This document shows, in pieces, positions 51,074 through 61,057 of a stretch of DNA of 64,000 nt. The stretch's first letter is position 1; every line of letters starts with the position of its first letter. The translations under genes and the position numbers were made by a program. The notes beneath the pieces were generated by a model. The model was not told the DNA's origin. It ran no database searches and saw nothing but the letters and a program-made list of their open reading frames with translations. The stretch comes from Ostreococcus lucimarinus (lineage: Eukaryota): assembly GCA_000092065.1 (NCBI GenBank), contig CP000601.1. One strand, 5' to 3'.

Positions 51074-51773
51074 TTATTCAGCCTTCGTCCCGTTGGCTGC
51101 CGTCGCGGCGTTCTTCTTGTCACCCTTGCCAGCCAAGTTCATCGCGCGCTCAATCGCCTCCGGACCGTGCTTCTTCACGAGTTCTTGAACCTTGGCGAAT
51201 TGCGGGCCCAACTCTTGTTGAATCGCCGCAAAATCACCCTTCTTCAAGTTTTCGGCGTGCTTGTCGATGGACGGCGACAGCTGGTGAAAAATCGGCTGAA
51301 TGCCCTTCTTGTACAGCGTGATGGCACCCTTGAAGCGCGGATTCACCATCCACGCGCAGAATAAAACCTTCATGATGCGGTACGCCGGAATCCTGGTCGT
51401 AGAAAGCGCGAAACGTCACACCGTGCGTCAGTCATCCGTCGTCCCCCCATTCGCTCGCCTCGGCGCGCCTGGCGAGATCTTGCGCGCGGTCGAGCCGGCG
51501 ATTATGATCTTTCCCCGTCGTCGCGTCGCGCGCGCGGAAGACGCGTCCGCGCGCGCTCGCACGGCGCATCGCACGCGATCGCCGTCACGCGCACCATCCC
51601 ACGACGCCGATCGCCTCGCCGATCGCGAGCGTGAACGCGATCATGAAGTACGTCAACCAGAGCGTGACATCTTCCGGGCCGATGACTTTTCTGTCGAGCA
51701 ACTTTAACGCGCTGTACGTCGGGTAGCAGTACCCGACGCCGAATCCGGCGATCTTGAGACCCAATCCGAGCAT
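51074..51773 (-). CDS. HVA22/DP1/REEP/Yop1-family membrane protein; two exons: 51773-51595 and 51392-51074
   Basis: Exon 1 MLGLGLKIAGFGVGYCYPTYSALKLLDRK...TLWLTYFMIAFTLAIGEAIGVVG ends tg|GTGCGC. Intron has a CTGAC branch point. Exon 2 follows CAG|g-att... giving ...GW-IPAYRIMKVLFCAWMVNPRFKGAITLYKKGIQPIF, matching the TB2/DP1 signature (W-IPFYY..K..F..WL..P.F.GA...Y). Confidence 0.7.
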
Positions 51774-51982
51774 CTTCCGCGCGCGGTCGTTCGGGGCGGT
51801 GCGCGCGTCGCGGTGTGCGGCGCGCGAGTCAGTGTTCACACTCGATTTTCAAGGGGAACGACCGCCACGCGGAAATCTCGCGAAATCGTGCGCGGGTGGG
51901 CGCGGACGGTTTCGGGCGATCGAACGCGACGCCGAGCGCGCGCGAAATCGTGCGCGCGCGCGATGAATATTAAATAAACTGA

Positions 51983-52621
51983 CTACTTTTGTTGTTTGTT
52001 GTACTTTTTCACCATCCAGTCCTGCAAGACGTCCAAATCCGAAAGCCGCTCGACCTTGACGCCGCGCTTGCGCCAGTACTCAGTCATGCGCCTCACTTGC
52101 ATTATGTCGCCAGTCGCCGCGATGGTTTTCGCGCGCGAGAACCAAATCTTATCGAACGCCTCTTGAATCTCGGCTTTATCGCCACCGTCGACGAATCGCT
52201 TCAAGAATTTCAGTTCCTTCAGGCGCTGAATCGAGCCGACGTCGTAGCCTTTGGCTTCGAGCTCTTCGGAAATCGCCTTCACCTCGCGCGAGCCGTTGTA
52301 AAACACCCATCCCACCCACAACGCGGCCGCGACGCACACCACCGGACCGTACACGCTATCGTCAACTTTCGCGATCTCGAACAGAGCCTCCGGCTCCACC
52401 GCCCGCGTTCGCGTCGTCATCCGCGTCGCCGTCGGCGTCGCCGCGCCGCTCGATCGTTCTCCTCTCGCGGTCGTCGTCGTCGCCCTCCGCGATCGACGTC
52501 CGCTCGTTCGCGCGCCGTCGCATCGCACCACCGTTTGCGCGCGCGCCGACATCGCGCGCGTCGCCATCCCGGCCGTCGCGCGTCGTCGCGTGCCGTCGGC
52601 ATCCGTCGTCGAGCGGCGCAT
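51983..52621 (-). CDS. Hypothetical single-TM protein with transit-peptide-like leader
   Basis: MRRSTTDADGTRRRATAGMATRAMSARAQ... leader, hydrophobic VYGPVVCVAAALWVGWVFY, then a soluble domain. No family recognised. Confidence 0.35.
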   Translation of the reverse strand: MRRSTTDADGTRRRATAGMATRAMSARAQTVVRCDGARTSGRRSRRATTTTARGERSSGAATPTATRMTTRTRAVEPEALFEIAKVDDSVYGPVVCVAAALWVGWVFYNGSREVKAISEELEAKGYDVGSIQRLKELKFLKRFVDGGDKAEIQEAFDKIWFSRAKTIAATGDIMQVRRMTEYWRKRGVKVERLSDLDVLQDWMVKKYNKQQK

Positions 52622-52659
52622 CGTGATCCAAAAGTCTCACGCGCGCCACACGGACCACG

Positions 52660-53628
52660 ATGCGCACGATGAAAAAGTGTGCGTCGCGTGACGTCACCGC
52701 ACACGGCGCCGCGACGCCGCGACGCGAGACGGTCGCGATGCACGGCGTCGTGGACGTCGTCCTGGACGATGCCCCCGAACCGTCGTGCGCCGTCGCCGTC
52801 GACGCGCTGACGTACGCGTACCCGGGATGCGACGCGGTGCTGCGCGATTGGAGCCTGCGCCTGCCGCCGGGGTCGAGGTGCTTGCTTTCCGGCGCGAACG
52901 GGGCGGGGAAGACGACGGCGCTGCACGTCATCGCGGGTAAAACCATGGTGAACGAAGACGTCGTGCGCGTGCTGGGACGACCGCCGTTTCACGACATCGC
53001 GCTCACGTGCGGGGGCGAGCTTTCTTACCTGGGCGCGCAGTGGCGGCGCAACATCGGAAGCGCGGGCGCGGACGTGCCCCTGCAAGGAGACATTTCGGCG
53101 AGGAAAATGATCGAGGGCGTCGCAGACGTGGACCCGGCGAGGCGAGAACGATTGGTGAAGCTGCTGGATGTGGATTTGGACTGGTCCATGAAGGCGTTGA
53201 GCGACGGACAACGACGTCGAGTTCAGATTTGTCTCGGACTCTTGAAGCCGTACAAGGTGTTGCTGTGCGACGAAATCACGGTGGATTTGGACATCCTCGG
53301 TCGGCTTGACTTGTTGGAGTTTTTCAAGGAAGAGTGCGAGGTGCGCGGGGCCACCATCGTGTACGCCACGCACATCTTCGATGGCATGGCGGATTGGATG
53401 ACGCACCTCGCGTTCACGTCCAACGGGCAGTTGAAGTATGGCGGCGCCAAGGTGGACATTCCGGAAATTCAAGGCACGAAACATTTATTGTCGACCATTG
53501 AAAAGTGGCTTCGCATCGATCGCGACGAGCGCCGCGCGCGAGAGGCGGCGGAACTCGCCGCCCCGACGGCGAAGAAAATCGACGCCGCGAGTCACTTCCA
53601 AACGAGGCACATGGCGTATTATAGATGA
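52660..53628 (+). CDS. ABC ATPase, CAF16-like / non-intrinsic ABC protein (ABCI type)
   Basis: Walker A SGANGAGKTTALHVIAG, signature LSDGQRRRVQIC, Walker B VLLCDEITVDLD, H-loop ATHIF. Confidence 0.8.
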   Translation: MRTMKKCASRDVTAHGAATPRRETVAMHGVVDVVLDDAPEPSCAVAVDALTYAYPGCDAVLRDWSLRLPPGSRCLLSGANGAGKTTALHVIAGKTMVNEDVVRVLGRPPFHDIALTCGGELSYLGAQWRRNIGSAGADVPLQGDISARKMIEGVADVDPARRERLVKLLDVDLDWSMKALSDGQRRRVQICLGLLKPYKVLLCDEITVDLDILGRLDLLEFFKEECEVRGATIVYATHIFDGMADWMTHLAFTSNGQLKYGGAKVDIPEIQGTKHLLSTIEKWLRIDRDERRAREAAELAAPTAKKIDAASHFQTRHMAYYR

Positions 53629-53836
53629 TGGTCCACGCAGTGGGTTGATTTGAATAGATTGATTTGAATAGAACGCAACGTAAACGGTTAACATTACACT
53701 TTTGCCTCGTCTCCGCGAACGCTCGCGTTCGAGAAATATATATTGAGTCTACTAATTCAGGGGTGCGCGCGCGCGCCGCACGCGGCGACAATTCGAATAG
53801 GATTGGATAGGTTCACGCACTCTTCGTTCGCTTCGC

Positions 53837-54643
53837 TCACTTAGAGTGCTTGGCGCTGTTGCAAATCGTCACGAAAGCCTCGCCGATCAAAGACGCGCCG
53901 CCGACGAGAAAGCCGTCAATGTCCTCTTTCTGAGCTAATTCGTCGCAGTTGCCGGCGTTGACGCTGCCGCCGTACTGAATGCGAATCTTCGACGCAATCG
54001 CCGGAGAAATATTATCCGCGCACCACTTGCGAATGCCCGCGTGCACTTCTTGCGCTTGGTCCGGCGTCGCGACCTTGCCGGTACCGATCGCCCAAACGGG
54101 CTCGTACGCGATGACGATGTTTTCCCAGTCCGCCGCGGTCACGACGTCGTTCACCGCCTTGAGTTGCGCGCGGCAAATATCCAGAGTCGTGCCCGCTTCG
54201 CGCTGTTCCAACGTCTCACCGATGCACAAAGCAACCTTCAATCCCTTGCTCAAGGCATATTTGGTCTTCTCCCCGACGAACTCGTTCGTCTCGCCGCAGA
54301 GCGCGCGGCGTTCGCTGTGCCCGAGAATCACCCACGGAATGTCGGCGTCGGCGAGCATATCCGCGCTCACCTCACCCGTGAACGCCCCACCCGCGGAGAC
54401 CCAACAGTTCTGCGCGGCGACGGCGTAGTTTTTGTTGTTGAGCTCCTTTTGCACTCGAGGAATGAAGACGAACGGAGGCGCGACGTAGACGTCAACGTCG
54501 GCGTCGATTTTCCCAGAGTTTAGTTCCTTCACGAGCGACTTGACGGACTCCGCCGTGCCGTTGCACTTCCAGTTCCCGCCGACGATAAATTTACCCGTGC
54601 CCGCATTCACGACGACGCTTCGTCGCTGCGCTGCGGCGTGCAC
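53837..54643 (-). CDS. TPI: Triosephosphate isomerase (TPI)
   Basis: [13 protein letters not shown], catalytic His (VILGHSERR) and Glu loop [16 protein letters not shown], phosphate loop IQYGGSV. The ORF as drawn begins at GTG (VHAAAQRR...) immediately after a CTGAC branch point/polypyrimidine/CAG acceptor, so a 5' exon must exist. Confidence 0.9.
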   Translation of the reverse strand: MHAAAQRRSVVVNAGTGKFIVGGNWKCNGTAESVKSLVKELNSGKIDADVDVYVAPPFVFIPRVQKELNNKNYAVAAQNCWVSAGGAFTGEVSADMLADADIPWVILGHSERRALCGETNEFVGEKTKYALSKGLKVALCIGETLEQREAGTTLDICRAQLKAVNDVVTAADWENIVIAYEPVWAIGTGKVATPDQAQEVHAGIRKWCADNISPAIASKIRIQYGGSVNAGNCDELAQKEDIDGFLVGGASLIGEAFVTICNSAKHSK

Positions 54644-54923
54644 CTGCGCGAAGAATTCCAGAAAACCGCGTCGTCAGTCTCGCGCGTCGCTTTGGATAAC
54701 ACGCCCCGATCGCGCCGTCGCGCGCCGTCGAGGTCGACGCGACGTCTCCCCTCGTCGGCGCGCGCGTGATCCCTCGCGACCGTCGGTGTCGACGCCATCG
54801 TCGCCATCGACGCCTCGCGGTCCCCATCGTCGCGCGCATCCCGATCCGTCGCGTTCGATGGCGCGCCGATGGCGCCGATGGGGCGCCGATGGGGACACCG
54901 CCCCGTCGTCGTCCTCGGGCGCC

Positions 54924-55009
54924 GTTCGAACGCGTTCGCGCGCGTCGGCGTCGCGTCGATCGATCGTTCGCACCCTTTGCGATCGCGCCGTCGCCTTCAC
55001 GGCGCACGA
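54924..55009. repeat. 86-bp perfect direct repeat, copy 1 (overlaps the end of the ZnT9-like exon and its 5' splice junction)
   Basis: cgttcgaacgcgttcgcgcgcgtcggcgtcgcgtcgatcgatcgttcgcaccctttgcgatcgcgccgtcgccttcacggcgcacga is identical to 55931-56016. Confidence 0.9.
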
Positions 55010-55808
55010 GGTTACTGTTGATGAGGTACATTGCCGTCACCCCAAGAAGGCCACCGACAGCAATCGAGCCCATCGCGTCGTACATCGGACTCCCCGTCAC
55101 TTCGCACGCGATGAGCGCCGTACCCGCGATGCCACAACCCAACACCGCGGCAGCATCTTCTGCGAGCACGGCCACGCTGGTGGGATCTTTACCAGATTTG
55201 ATAAATTCCCTCAGCGTCATTCCTTGCGCCTTGGCGTTGTCGCGCAACGACTCGTACGCCACCTTTAACGAAAATCCTTCCAACAACGCCGACGCGCCCA
55301 ACACCGCGATCCCAATACGTATGTTTTCAGACGGCATCGGGTCCATCAACCCGTGCATCCCGTGCATCACGCTAAACCCAGCACCGAGAAAGAAAATTCC
55401 CACCGCGGAAATCAACGAATACACGAACCAACAAGTGCGAGTGAGGGCTTCGACGCGAGAGGCGATGGTTTTGGACTCTCGCGAACGCTCGGCGGCTTGG
55501 CGCCCGGCGGCGCGCGCGAACGTTTCGTAATCTTGTTCGGCTTGAGAGATGAACTTACGACTCGCGGCCTCGGACTCGACTCTGAACTCGTTCACGAGTG
55601 ACTCGATGCGCTCGCGCGCGATTCGTCGATTGCGTTCGGCGAGAGATTGCATCATTTGCTGGAATCCAACCATGTCGTAACGCGTCGAACGTTGACGCAC
55701 CGTCTCGCGCGTGTAGTACGCTCTCGCCGCGTCGTTCCACGCCCCCGACGTTCGCCCGGGCACGAGAACCACGGACCAGAGTAAAACCTTCGTAATCACC
55801 GATCGCAC
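54996..55808 (-). CDS. ZnT9 (SLC30A9)-like cation-diffusion-facilitator fragment: signal-anchor + coiled-coil + CDF TM4-TM6 only
   Basis: YSLISAVGIFFLGAGFSVMHGMHGLMDP, LRDNAKAQGMTLREFIKSGKDPTSVAVLAEDAAAVLGCGIAGTALI, GSPMYDAMGSIAVGGLLGVTAMYLINSNL match the ZnT9 TM4-TM6 region closely. The ORF then runs into a GTGCGC 5' splice consensus at 54995 and GC-tract junk. No TM1-3 or C-terminal CDF domain found nearby. Confidence 0.5.
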
Positions 55809-55930
55809 GCGCGCGCGTCGTCAGTCTCGCGTCGAGCCCGGTCGATCGCGCCGCGACACGCGCCTTCGCGATGATTCCGCGCGCGCCGCATCGCGTCGAC
55901 GAAATCGCGCACCTCGAGCGCGCAGATGAA

Positions 55931-56016
55931 GCGTTCGAACGCGTTCGCGCGCGTCGGCGTCGCGTCGATCGATCGTTCGCACCCTTTGCGATCGCGCCGT
56001 CGCCTTCACGGCGCAC
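55931..56016. repeat. 86-bp perfect direct repeat, copy 2 (upstream of the ZnT9-like ORF, in the divergent region before the SPP gene)
   Basis: Identical to 54924-55009, 1007 bp away. Confidence 0.9.
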
Positions 56017-56140
56017 GACGTCGTCGTCGTCGCCGACGGCGCGCACGTCACGCTAAACATCGCTCGCCGCACGCGTCGTCGCGAAGTGCCGGCGCGCGGT
56101 CGCCGAGGGCGATTTCGTTTTTTCGCGAACCATCGCGCGT

Positions 56141-56207
56141 CGATCGACGGACGTCGATCGATCGATCGATCGATCGAACGATCGACCGATCGATCGATCG
56201 ATCGACC
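56141..56207. repeat. (CGAT)n-type tandem repeat
   Basis: cgatcgatcgatcgatcgatcgaacgatcgaccgatcgatcgatcgatcgacc. Confidence 0.85.
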
Positions 56208-56399
56208 GCGCGCCAAGCCCCCTCGCGCCCGCGCGCGCGCCCGCCCAGGGTCCAGCGGTCCAGGGGCGGCGTCGAATCAATCGTCCGCCCTTCCGCAGTG
56301 CGCGGCGTGACCCCGGCGCCGGCGTCGCGCGCGCTTCGACGACGACGGTCCCGACGATCGGACGACCCGACGAACGCGCGCGCGCACGGCCGGATCGAC

Positions 56400-59300
56400 A
56401 TGGCGTCGCGCGTCTCCGCGAGCGGGCGCGCGAGCGCGAACGCGCGAGGAATCGTGACGCCGCATCGTCGGCGTGGACGGACGGCGACGACGACGAAACG
56501 GGCGACGCGAGGGCGACGGTGCGCGCGCGTCGTGCGCGCGAACGCGTCGTCGACGAACGGTGGGCCGGGGCGATGGGATCGCGCGATGCAGACGCTGTCA
56601 TCCGTCGCCGATCCCGCGGCGACGACGGCGATGCTGGACGAGCCTTTGACGCCGCACGAAGAGATTCGTCGAGGAACGCTCGCGAATGGGTTGAAGTACG
56701 TCATCTTACCGAACAAAGTTCCCGAGGGGAGATTTGAGGCGCACTTGGAGATGCACGTCGGGTCCGTGGACGAACGCGAAGACGAGCAAGGGCTGGCGCA
56801 CCTCGTCGAGCACGTCACGTTTTTGGGTTCTCGAAAACGAGATCAGTGGCTCGGGAGCGGTACGCGAGGGAACGCGTACACGGATTTCCACCACACCGTG
56901 TTCCACATCCACGCACCGACGACGAACAAGGATGGACATTACATGCCGCCCAACGTGCTGGACATTCTCTACGACGTCGCGTTTGCGCCGCAACTCTTGG
57001 ACACTCGCGTGGCGAAGGAGAAGAAAGCCGTGCTCGCCGAGGCTCAAATGATGAACACGATCGAGTACAGAGTGGACTGTCAGCTTCTAGAGCATTTGCA
57101 CTGGGACAACCTCTTGGGCACGCGATTTCCGATCGGTAAGCTCGATCAGGTGGAAGCGTGGCCGGCGCAGGCGGTGCGAGACTTTCACGCGCGCTGGTAT
57201 TTCCCAGCCAACGCCACGCTCTACGTCGTGGGCGACTTCGATGCCTCCGTGGACGAAGTCGAGGGTATGATTTCCGCCGCGTTCGACGAAGCGGCGCCCG
57301 CGGAAGGCGCGGAAGAAGCCGAGTCTCCTCTCAAACGTCACGCGGTGCGTCCTCCGGTGAAGCACGCGTACGGGGCGCCGTCGTACGAGCTCGACGAAAT
57401 TCAACGCTCGAACGACGAGGCGAAGGCGTCGGGCAAAGACGACCCGTTCTTGCCTTTCGTCGCCCCCGAGGGTAAAGTGTCCATGTTCCAGCACGAACAC
57501 TTGTCCAACGCGAGTTTCAACATATTTTCAAAATTGGCCGTCAAGCCGCTCGAAAAGATGGGCGACTTGCACCGGACGATTTTGCAGCGCATTGTGTTGT
57601 TGGTGTTGCAGAGCCGCATTCAGGCGAGATACGCGGAAACTAATGCGGATTACAAACGCATTGAACTCGATCATAGCGACAGCGCGAGAGAGGGGTGTTG
57701 CGTCAGCACCGTCACCGTGACGTGCGAGCCGAGAGAGTACGAATTCGCCTTGCAAGTCGCCGTCGAGGAATCTCGACGATTGCAAAAGTTTGGATTGACG
57801 CCGAGCGAGCTCGATCGTTTTAAGGCGGCGATGTTGAGAGATTCTGAACAGCTCGCGCAGCAGGCGGGATGCGTGCCGAGCCTCGAAAATCTCGACTTTG
57901 TCATGGAGCAGGACGCCTGCGGACACGTCGTCATGGACCAGGTCGCGGGTCACGAGGCCTTGGTGCGCATGTCTGATTACATCACGCTCGAGGCGTGCAA
58001 CGGCGCGTGCGATGAGCTTTTAGGTTTTATCGGTGAGTACGGCGTGGAGAACAATCGCAAACCGAACAGCGGTAAGTGCACCGCCATCGTCGCGTGCGTC
58101 CCAGCGACGATGACGAACGTCGACGGCGAGACGGTGCCGTTCGATATCACGCCCGAGCGCATAGAACAAGTTTTGGCGGCGGATTACGGTGAAATCACAG
58201 AGCCCGAGGATATCTTTGTGCCGGAGGTGTTGATTGCGGATGACGAAATCAACGCCCTCATCGAGCAAACGGCGCCGACGTTTACCGAGGCGACGTATCA
58301 CGAGCCGACCGGCGTGTACCAGCGCACGCTGAGTAACGGTATTCGCGTCAACTACAAGGTGCTCGACGCCGAGCCTGGGAGCGCGTTCTTACGACTCGTC
58401 GTCCCGGGTGGTCGTTCGGTTGAGAGCCCGAACATCGGGCCCGGCGGAATCGGTTCGTCGGCGGTCGGTTTGCGCACCGTGCAAGAGGCTGGCGACGTCG
58501 GCGAATGGTCGCGCAAGCAAATCGAGCTCTTGACGATGCAACACTTGCTCGTGTACGACGTCGAGCCCGAGGTCGAGTACATGTTTTTGGATTCCGCGTT
58601 CGCCACGGATGGAGGCTTGAGGACTATTCTCGAGATCATGCACCTCACGCTGACGAAGCCGACGTGGGACGAGCAAGCGCTCGAGCGCGTCAAGGACATT
58701 TACCGCATGTTTCAGATTAACACGAACAAGAACATCGAGTTGCTCACGCATGACACCGTCAACGCCGTGATTTACGAAGACCGAAGAATCATGGACCCGA
58801 ACAAGGAGGCACTCCAGGCGCTGACGCTGGATGGCGTTCGAGACATGATCGAAGCTCAATTCGCGAGCGGGGCTTTGGAACTCAACATCGTCGGCGACAT
58901 CATCCCCGAAGAAGTCGACGAAATGGTTCTCGCGTTTATGGGATCGATTCAGACCAAGCCCGCGCCGCCGTTGCCGCAAGTGCCCCCGCTGAAATTGAAA
59001 GAGGTGCCAAAGGATGATCCGGTGCGCGCGCAGCGGTTGTGGTTGAAGGACAGCGACGAAAGAGCGTGCGCGGTGGCCGCCGGACCGGGGCCATCCATGT
59101 GGGCGCCGATGACGAGTCTGTACTCTGAAATTCCGAGCTTTGTCAATCAAGACGCGTACACGCCGGAACAGATTGCAGCCTTGCGCGATCCCGTGAACGA
59201 GGTGGCGTCGGCGAAGGGGAACCCATTCGCACAGCAGTCTGCGCGACGCGCGAATTCTTTGGCGACGTATTGCGCGGGGATGATGCTCGCAGAAGTTATC

Positions 59301-59897
59301 GGTGGTAGATTGTTCACAACGGTGCGCGACGCGTTGGGTCTGACGTACGACTGCAACTTTACAATGTCGTTTGGATTACAAAACAACGACGCGACGACGT
59401 ACAGGTTGTTGGTGACGTCGACGCCGGAAAAAATTGATGAAGCTCTCAACGCCGGCGTGCGCGTGTTGCGTGGATTTCAGATGCAGCGCGTGAGCCAACG
59501 CGAGGTCGATCGCGCGCGTTTAACGCTGTTGAGTCGTCATGAGATGGATTTGAAGACGAACAACTACTGGGCCGATTTGATGCAGTGCACCAACACTCCA
59601 GATTTAGCGCCGCTGAAGAAGATTCAGTGCGTCGCTGATTTACCCCTCATGTACGACGCGATGACCGTGGACGATCTTCAAGAAGTTTACGATCGTCTCG
59701 GCTTGAGCGAAGGCGAGATCTTCACCAGCGTGACGATCGCCGGGCAGACAGAGCCGCCTCCATTCCTGTCGAAGAAGGACGTCGACGCCGCCGCGCTCGC
59801 CGCCCAGACGCTGACCGCCGCGCTTGGTGGCATCAACATCGCCGAAGCGATCAAGAGATTGAAGAAAGAGCAGTCTCCGTCCGCGAGCGCGGAGTAG
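56400..59897 (+). CDS. SPP: Stromal processing peptidase-like M16 zinc metallopeptidase (chloroplast SPP/CPE homolog)
   Basis: Transit-peptide-like MASRVSASGRASANARG.... Inverted zinc motif HLVEH in GLAHLVEHVTFLGSRKRDQWLGSGTRGNAYTDFHHTVFHIHAP, nearly identical in pattern to plant SPP (GIAHMIEHVAFLGSKKRE...NAYTDFHHTVFHIH). About 1165 aa multi-domain M16. ORF opens at 55926 in a GC tract; start ATG 56400. Confidence 0.85.
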   Translation: MASRVSASGRASANARGIVTPHRRRGRTATTTKRATRGRRCARVVRANASSTNGGPGRWDRAMQTLSSVADPAATTAMLDEPLTPHEEIRRGTLANGLKYVILPNKVPEGRFEAHLEMHVGSVDEREDEQGLAHLVEHVTFLGSRKRDQWLGSGTRGNAYTDFHHTVFHIHAPTTNKDGHYMPPNVLDILYDVAFAPQLLDTRVAKEKKAVLAEAQMMNTIEYRVDCQLLEHLHWDNLLGTRFPIGKLDQVEAWPAQAVRDFHARWYFPANATLYVVGDFDASVDEVEGMISAAFDEAAPAEGAEEAESPLKRHAVRPPVKHAYGAPSYELDEIQRSNDEAKASGKDDPFLPFVAPEGKVSMFQHEHLSNASFNIFSKLAVKPLEKMGDLHRTILQRIVLLVLQSRIQARYAETNADYKRIELDHSDSAREGCCVSTVTVTCEPREYEFALQVAVEESRRLQKFGLTPSELDRFKAAMLRDSEQLAQQAGCVPSLENLDFVMEQDACGHVVMDQVAGHEALVRMSDYITLEACNGACDELLGFIGEYGVENNRKPNSGKCTAIVACVPATMTNVDGETVPFDITPERIEQVLAADYGEITEPEDIFVPEVLIADDEINALIEQTAPTFTEATYHEPTGVYQRTLSNGIRVNYKVLDAEPGSAFLRLVVPGGRSVESPNIGPGGIGSSAVGLRTVQEAGDVGEWSRKQIELLTMQHLLVYDVEPEVEYMFLDSAFATDGGLRTILEIMHLTLTKPTWDEQALERVKDIYRMFQINTNKNIELLTHDTVNAVIYEDRRIMDPNKEALQALTLDGVRDMIEAQFASGALELNIVGDIIPEEVDEMVLAFMGSIQTKPAPPLPQVPPLKLKEVPKDDPVRAQRLWLKDSDERACAVAAGPGPSMWAPMTSLYSEIPSFVNQDAYTPEQIAALRDPVNEVASAKGNPFAQQSARRANSLATYCAGMMLAEVIGGRLFTTVRDALGLTYDCNFTMSFGLQNNDATTYRLLVTSTPEKIDEALNAGVRVLRGFQMQRVSQREVDRARLTLLSRHEMDLKTNNYWADLMQCTNTPDLAPLKKIQCVADLPLMYDAMTVDDLQEVYDRLGLSEGEIFTSVTIAGQTEPPPFLSKKDVDAAALAAQTLTAALGGINIAEAIKRLKKEQSPSASAE

Positions 59898-60063
59898 TTG
59901 CTGATTAGATGGCTATTTTAATGTAAACGCTTTCTCTCACGACGGACGGCTCGCCGTAGAGTAAAAAAGTCAACCCAGTCTCCTCGCACAAACTCGGCGT
60001 GGTCACACCGCAACGCGCGCGCACGCGTCGTCGCAGACGAACCAACTAATACTCAGACACGTC

Positions 60064-60885
60064 ATGGTGGGCACGCGCAGAGCGTCCACGTCGTCGTCGA
60101 CGTCCGTCGCGCACGGCAAAGATTTAATCAAGCAAATCCAGGCTGCGATCGCGACGAACGATCACGCCACGGCGCTGGAACGTTTGGACGATTTCAAAGT
60201 GCACGCGGCGACGACGTTCGTAGGAAACGAAGAAGACGAGCTCCGGCTGAGGCGCGAGGCGGCGGAACACGGGGTCATGATCAGCGCGGCGACGCGAGAC
60301 GAGGAGAGCTTTGAGCGACACGCCTCGCAGGCGAAAGCTGCTTACGACGCCTGCAAGCGCGCGCCTTGCAAGCAACCCATCGAGCGTTCGCAAAATGAGG
60401 CGCTCATCGTCGGGTTAAACCTGTTGCGGTTGCTGGTTCAGAACCGCATCGCCGAGTTTCACGCCGAGCTTGAGACGACGGACGACGACGTCTTGAAAGA
60501 TCAACGCGTGCAAGCGGTGTTGGAGCTCGAACAGTTTTTGATGGAGGGGGCGTATAACAAGATTGCGCAGCGACAAAACGCGCTACCAGATCCGAGCTAC
60601 GAGTATTTCATGTCGATGTTGATGAACACGGTGCGAGACGAAATTGCGAGTTGCGCCGAGAGCGCGTACGGCTCGCTTACGGGCGCAGAGGCGATGAAAT
60701 TGTTAGGATTCGCAAACGCTCAAGAGTTTGAAAAATACGCAAACGCGCGTGACTGGACGATGGACGCCAACGGAGGCGTGGTTTTCAACGAAGAAGTCGC
60801 GCCAGCGAGCGCCAGGGACATCCCGGCGGCCGCTCTGATAAATCAAACGTTGCTCTACGCCAAGGAACTCGAGCGCATCGTGTAG
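60064..60885 (+). CDS. RPN12: 26S proteasome regulatory subunit RPN12 (PSMD8)
   Basis: LNLLRLLVQNRIAEFHAELE, LELEQFLMEGAYNKI, YEYFMSMLMNTVRDEIASCAESAY, and C-terminal ...KELERIV match Rpn12/PSMD8 (QNRVAEFHTELE...LEQYLMEGSYNKV...DTIRDEIAGC...QLEMIV). Confidence 0.85.
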   Translation: MVGTRRASTSSSTSVAHGKDLIKQIQAAIATNDHATALERLDDFKVHAATTFVGNEEDELRLRREAAEHGVMISAATRDEESFERHASQAKAAYDACKRAPCKQPIERSQNEALIVGLNLLRLLVQNRIAEFHAELETTDDDVLKDQRVQAVLELEQFLMEGAYNKIAQRQNALPDPSYEYFMSMLMNTVRDEIASCAESAYGSLTGAEAMKLLGFANAQEFEKYANARDWTMDANGGVVFNEEVAPASARDIPAAALINQTLLYAKELERIV

Positions 60886-61057
60886 TCGCGCAGCATGCCT
60901 AGATTGTTCATCGGTTGTCAGCACACATCACACATTAGTCTTTTACGCTCGCGCGTCCACGGCGAGCGATCGGCGCTCACTCGGCGCTACGACGCCCCAC
61001 TCGGCGTTAAGGTGTCCCACAACAGTCTTCAGTGCGCGACTCGCGACGCGCGCGACC

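Noticed and set aside
54591-54995. C-terminal 135 codons of ORF 54591-55808 (VRREGDGAIAKGANDRSTRRRR...)
   Set aside because: Begins exactly at a GTGCGC donor consensus, is low-complexity, overlaps the TPI 5' end and is part of the 86-bp duplicated segment. Interpreted as intron/UTR, not CDF coding sequence.
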